Source of the DNA: an uncultured delta proteobacterium | Lineage (GTDB): Bacteria > Desulfobacterota > Desulfuromonadia > Desulfuromonadales > JACZKF01 | Direction of reading: 5' to 3' | Assembly: GCA_963816395.1 (NCBI GenBank) | Contig: CAWFKQ010000007.1 | Span: 96,001 to 160,000, forward strand | DNA length: 64,000 bases | Shown here: in pieces, positions 61,228 to 64,000 of the stretch | Position numbering within the stretch: the stretch's first letter is position 1 | Layout: each line of letters opens with the position of its first letter | Notes under the pieces: generated by a model | What the model saw: only the letters and a program-made list of their open reading frames with translations | Databases searched by the model: none | What the model was told of the DNA's origin: nothing | Made by a program: the position numbers and the translations under genes

Positions 61228-62309
61228 GCTGGGTCGCCCAAAGAGGAATAAATTTCCAGATTTCTCCCAATCATCGCGGGGATGGAAAAATCCGATTTCA
61301 CGATCGCCAGTCCCGCCTCCCCCATCCGTCGCGCCGTCCCCGGTTTGCGGAGCAGTTCCACAACCGGCCCAACGAGAGCGTCAGAGTCTCCGGGCTGGAC
61401 GAGGTAACCGTTGATACCATTTCTGACGATCTCCGGAATGCCGCCGGCCCGCGCGGCGACGATCGGGAGACCACAAGCTGCGGCCTGCAGCAGGGAGACC
61501 CCGAGTCCCTCCATCAGGGCGGGATGCACCACCACGTCCAGGCAGGGGAGAATGCGCTGCAGATCGTCGCGAAAACCGGCGAAAATGACTTTCCCGGCAA
61601 TGCCTGTGGCGGCGCACAGCTGCTCCAGTTCATCGCGCAGGGGCCCCTTGCCGAAGAAGAGGAAACGGGTCTCAGGGCAGGCGTGCAGGATGGCGGGGGC
61701 GGCTTCGATGAGAAAGCGGTGCCCCTTGCGGGGGATCAACTGGGCGATCACCGCCACCGTTTGCTCTTCGCCGCCGAGGCCGAATTCCCGTCGGAACCAG
61801 TCCCTATCGGCCGCTTCCCGATATGGTTCGAGGTCCACCGCGCTATGCACGCAGGTCAATTGCCTCTCGGGCACCCCCTCGGCGGCAAGAACCACGCGTA
61901 TCCCCGCGGAAATCGTGATCACCCGATCAAACTGGCCATACTTCAGCTTTGCCAGCCAGCGCGGCTCAGGATTGTCCACCCGCCGGGTAAGAATCGAACG
62001 GATTCCAGTCACGCGGGCGGCCACCGCTCCCCAGAGGTCCGCGCCGCGGCGGCTGTGCACATGCATGATATCCGGTTTCACTTTTCGCAGCAGGCGGATC
62101 AGACGTACCGCGAAAGGGACATCCAGGTCACCGCGCATGGGAAAAGCCGCCACCTGGGCAAAGGGGGCCGCCGCAGCGGCGATTTCGCTTCCCCGGGGGC
62201 AGACCAGGATGTTCTCGACACCTTTCTCATGCAGGCCGCGCAGAAGATAGAAGACTTGCAAGGCGCCGCCATAGAGGTTCATCCCGGTTTCGATGTGCAG
62301 TACTTTCAA
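61224..62309 (-). CDS. GT4 glycosyltransferase
   Basis: HIETG..LYGG, KGH..LI.A, GFRDD, EGLGVSLLQA; TTG start overlapping upstream stop. Confidence 0.88.
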   Translation of the reverse strand: MKVLHIETGMNLYGGALQVFYLLRGLHEKGVENILVCPRGSEIAAAAAPFAQVAAFPMRGDLDVPFAVRLIRLLRKVKPDIMHVHSRRGADLWGAVAARVTGIRSILTRRVDNPEPRWLAKLKYGQFDRVITISAGIRVVLAAEGVPERQLTCVHSAVDLEPYREAADRDWFRREFGLGGEEQTVAVIAQLIPRKGHRFLIEAAPAILHACPETRFLFFGKGPLRDELEQLCAATGIAGKVIFAGFRDDLQRILPCLDVVVHPALMEGLGVSLLQAAACGLPIVAARAGGIPEIVRNGINGYLVQPGDSDALVGPVVELLRKPGTARRMGEAGLAIVKSDFSIPAMIGRNLEIYSSLGDPA

Positions 62310-63352
62310 TCCCGCCCTCCTTCCCGCGCCAGCAGGGAGGCCGCTGTCTGCAAGACTTCGTCGACCGTGATCGCCTGCATGCAGGTGAAGTCGCCGGCGC
62401 AGGTGGGGCTCCGTTTGCAGGGAGAACACGGGTGCGGATGGTAGAGCACCCGGGTTTGCGGACTGGGGGTTTCGAGGTAGGGGCAGGTGGCGCCGAACAG
62501 GGCGATGGTCGGACGGCGAAAGGCGGTGCCCATGTGGGTGAGGCCGGTGTCGACGCCGATTGCTAGAGAGCTGTGCCTGACCAGGGCGGCCGTCTGGGCG
62601 ATGGTCGTCTCCCCGGTCAGGTTCTCGATCGCCGTGCCGCTCATCTGCACGATCCGCCGGCTTGCCGCCAGATCCGCCGGCCCGCCCAGAAGGAGGGGAA
62701 CGAGATCGAACCTCTCGCGCACCCTCCGCGCGAGATCCGCCCATCGCTCCTCGAACCAGTGCTTCTGCGGTCGGGTGGTGAAAGGCAAAAGAACGGCGTA
62801 GCGGTCCAGGCCTCTTGCTTGCCGCAGGCGGGCGGCGGCCGCCTCGTCTTCTCCGGCAAGCACCAGGGAGGGGCGGAATTCCCCGGGATCCAGCCCCAGA
62901 TGTTCCATCATGAAGCGATATTCGGAACTCATCGCCTTGCTGCTCGGTCCCCGCGGGATTACTTTCGACATGAGAAATCCCCCCGGTTCCCGCGACACGA
63001 AACCGATGCGCTCCCGGGCTCCGGACAGCTTCGCTATCAGCCGGCTTTTCAGCAGGCCGACGGCATCAAGGGCGAGATCGAATCGGCAGCGGCGCAGTTC
63101 GTGCCTCAGCCCGGCCACCTCACGCCGCAGGGAAAGCAGTTTTCCCTCCCTGAGCAGCTGCCGCCAGCGGTTCTTCGGCCAGACGATGACCTCGTCGAGG
63201 TCCGGATGGTGCCGCAGCAGCTCCACCACCTGTGGCTCCGCCAGCCAGACGAGGCGGGCCTTCGGATATGCCGCGCGCAAGGTCCGGATCATGGGCGAGG
63301 CCATGACGATGTCGCCGATGGCGCTGGGTCGGATGATCAGGATGCTTCGCAT
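62306..63352 (-). CDS. GT9 LPS heptosyltransferase
   Basis: ILIIR.SAIGDIV, K.W....W, GVDTGLTH, IALFG.T. Confidence 0.9.
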   Translation of the reverse strand: MRSILIIRPSAIGDIVMASPMIRTLRAAYPKARLVWLAEPQVVELLRHHPDLDEVIVWPKNRWRQLLREGKLLSLRREVAGLRHELRRCRFDLALDAVGLLKSRLIAKLSGARERIGFVSREPGGFLMSKVIPRGPSSKAMSSEYRFMMEHLGLDPGEFRPSLVLAGEDEAAAARLRQARGLDRYAVLLPFTTRPQKHWFEERWADLARRVRERFDLVPLLLGGPADLAASRRIVQMSGTAIENLTGETTIAQTAALVRHSSLAIGVDTGLTHMGTAFRRPTIALFGATCPYLETPSPQTRVLYHPHPCSPCKRSPTCAGDFTCMQAITVDEVLQTAASLLAREGGRD

Positions 63353-63375
63353 GCCGAGAAATCCAGTGCGCCGGG

Positions 63376-64000
63376 TTACTTCAGCAAGTCCCGGTAGAGG
63401 GTGAGATACTGGTCGATAACGGCGTCCTTGCCGTGGTGGAGCAGCAGGTCATTCCGCCCGGCATCGGCCATGCGGCGCCAGGCGTCGCCGCCGGCCGCCA
63501 GCAGCTCGGCAAGCCGCCCGCGCCAGCAGCCGCGAATCCTGGGCGGAGGTGAGGCCGTTGGTTCCGTCTTGGATCAGTTCGCGGGCTGCCGGGGTTTCAG
63601 TCGACAGAACGGGCAGGCCATTGGCCCAAGCCTCCAGGATCACGTTGCCGAGGGTCTCCCGCCGGGAAGGACAGACAAAGACGTCGGACATCTGGTAGAG
63701 CGCGGTCGGATCACTCTGCCAGCCGGCCCAGCAGATACGGTCATCCAGGCCGAGAGCGGCGGCCTGCTTCTTCAGCTCAGCGCCCATCGGTCCCTCCCCG
63801 GCCAGAACCAGGCGAACCGGGCGGTGGCCGATCTCGGCGGGCACCTGCGCCAGGGCTTCAATGAGGAGGTCGAAGCCCTTGAGCTGCAGGAACCGGCCAA
63901 GGCTGAAAACGACCAGGGCATCCTCCGGAACCCCCAGGGTCCGGCGACGCTCCGCCAGTTCAGGAGAAGACAAGCGTTTCGGCATTTCAACGAAATTACC
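63376..64000 (-). CDS. GT4 glycosyltransferase, 3' part (frameshifted, runs off window)
   Basis: LGR....KGFD.LI.A, ETLGNVILEAWA; true C-terminus VIDQYLTLYRDLLK* in another frame. Confidence 0.85.

Noticed and set aside
1..64000. CRISPR array, tRNA, rRNA, integrase, transposase or prophage genes
   Set aside because: No repeat-spacer periodicity, cloverleaf or matching protein motifs seen; the short arrays lack unique spacers.

Overview
GC-rich chromosomal window whose gene content and order point to a Desulfuromonadales bacterium (Desulfuromonas/Geobacter-like). This assignment is inferred from the PxxKW protein, the DHH-CBS tRNA nucleotidyltransferase and the gmhA-hypothetical-hldE-gmhB-rml order. 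The left half (1-29 kb) is mostly housekeeping: PGM/PMM, LysE, lrgAB, a DUF512 radical SAM protein, hfq-miaA-mutL, an ExeA-like ATPase with an SgmX-like TPR protein, rluB-scpBA, a tRNA nucleotidyltransferase, pyrDK, rimI, purMN, rpmB, ridA, and rel-rpoZ-gmk-yicC. The right half (29-64 kb) is one long minus-strand cell-surface glycan region: priming sugar transferase, GT2s, a Gtr-like modification trio, a methyltransferase-coiled-coil-GT2 protein, wzm/wzt, rmlBDAC, ADP-heptose genes, O-antigen ligase, two sulfotransferases and GT4/GT9 enzymes. More than 20 genes carry frameshifts, some compensating, which best fits uncorrected long-read indels rather than real decay. No tRNA, rRNA, CRISPR array, transposase or phage gene was seen. 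The most unusual signals are non-coding: (i) about ten short-period (6-9 nt) degenerate tandem-repeat cassettes in intra-operon spacers, several arranged head-to-head and one lodged in-frame inside rmlD; (ii) a CTAG-flanked MITE in a 5' leader; (iii) a candidate leader-peptide attenuator before rimI-pyrK-pyrD. An uncharacterised deoxyhypusine-synthase-like gene also sits inside the heptose operon.
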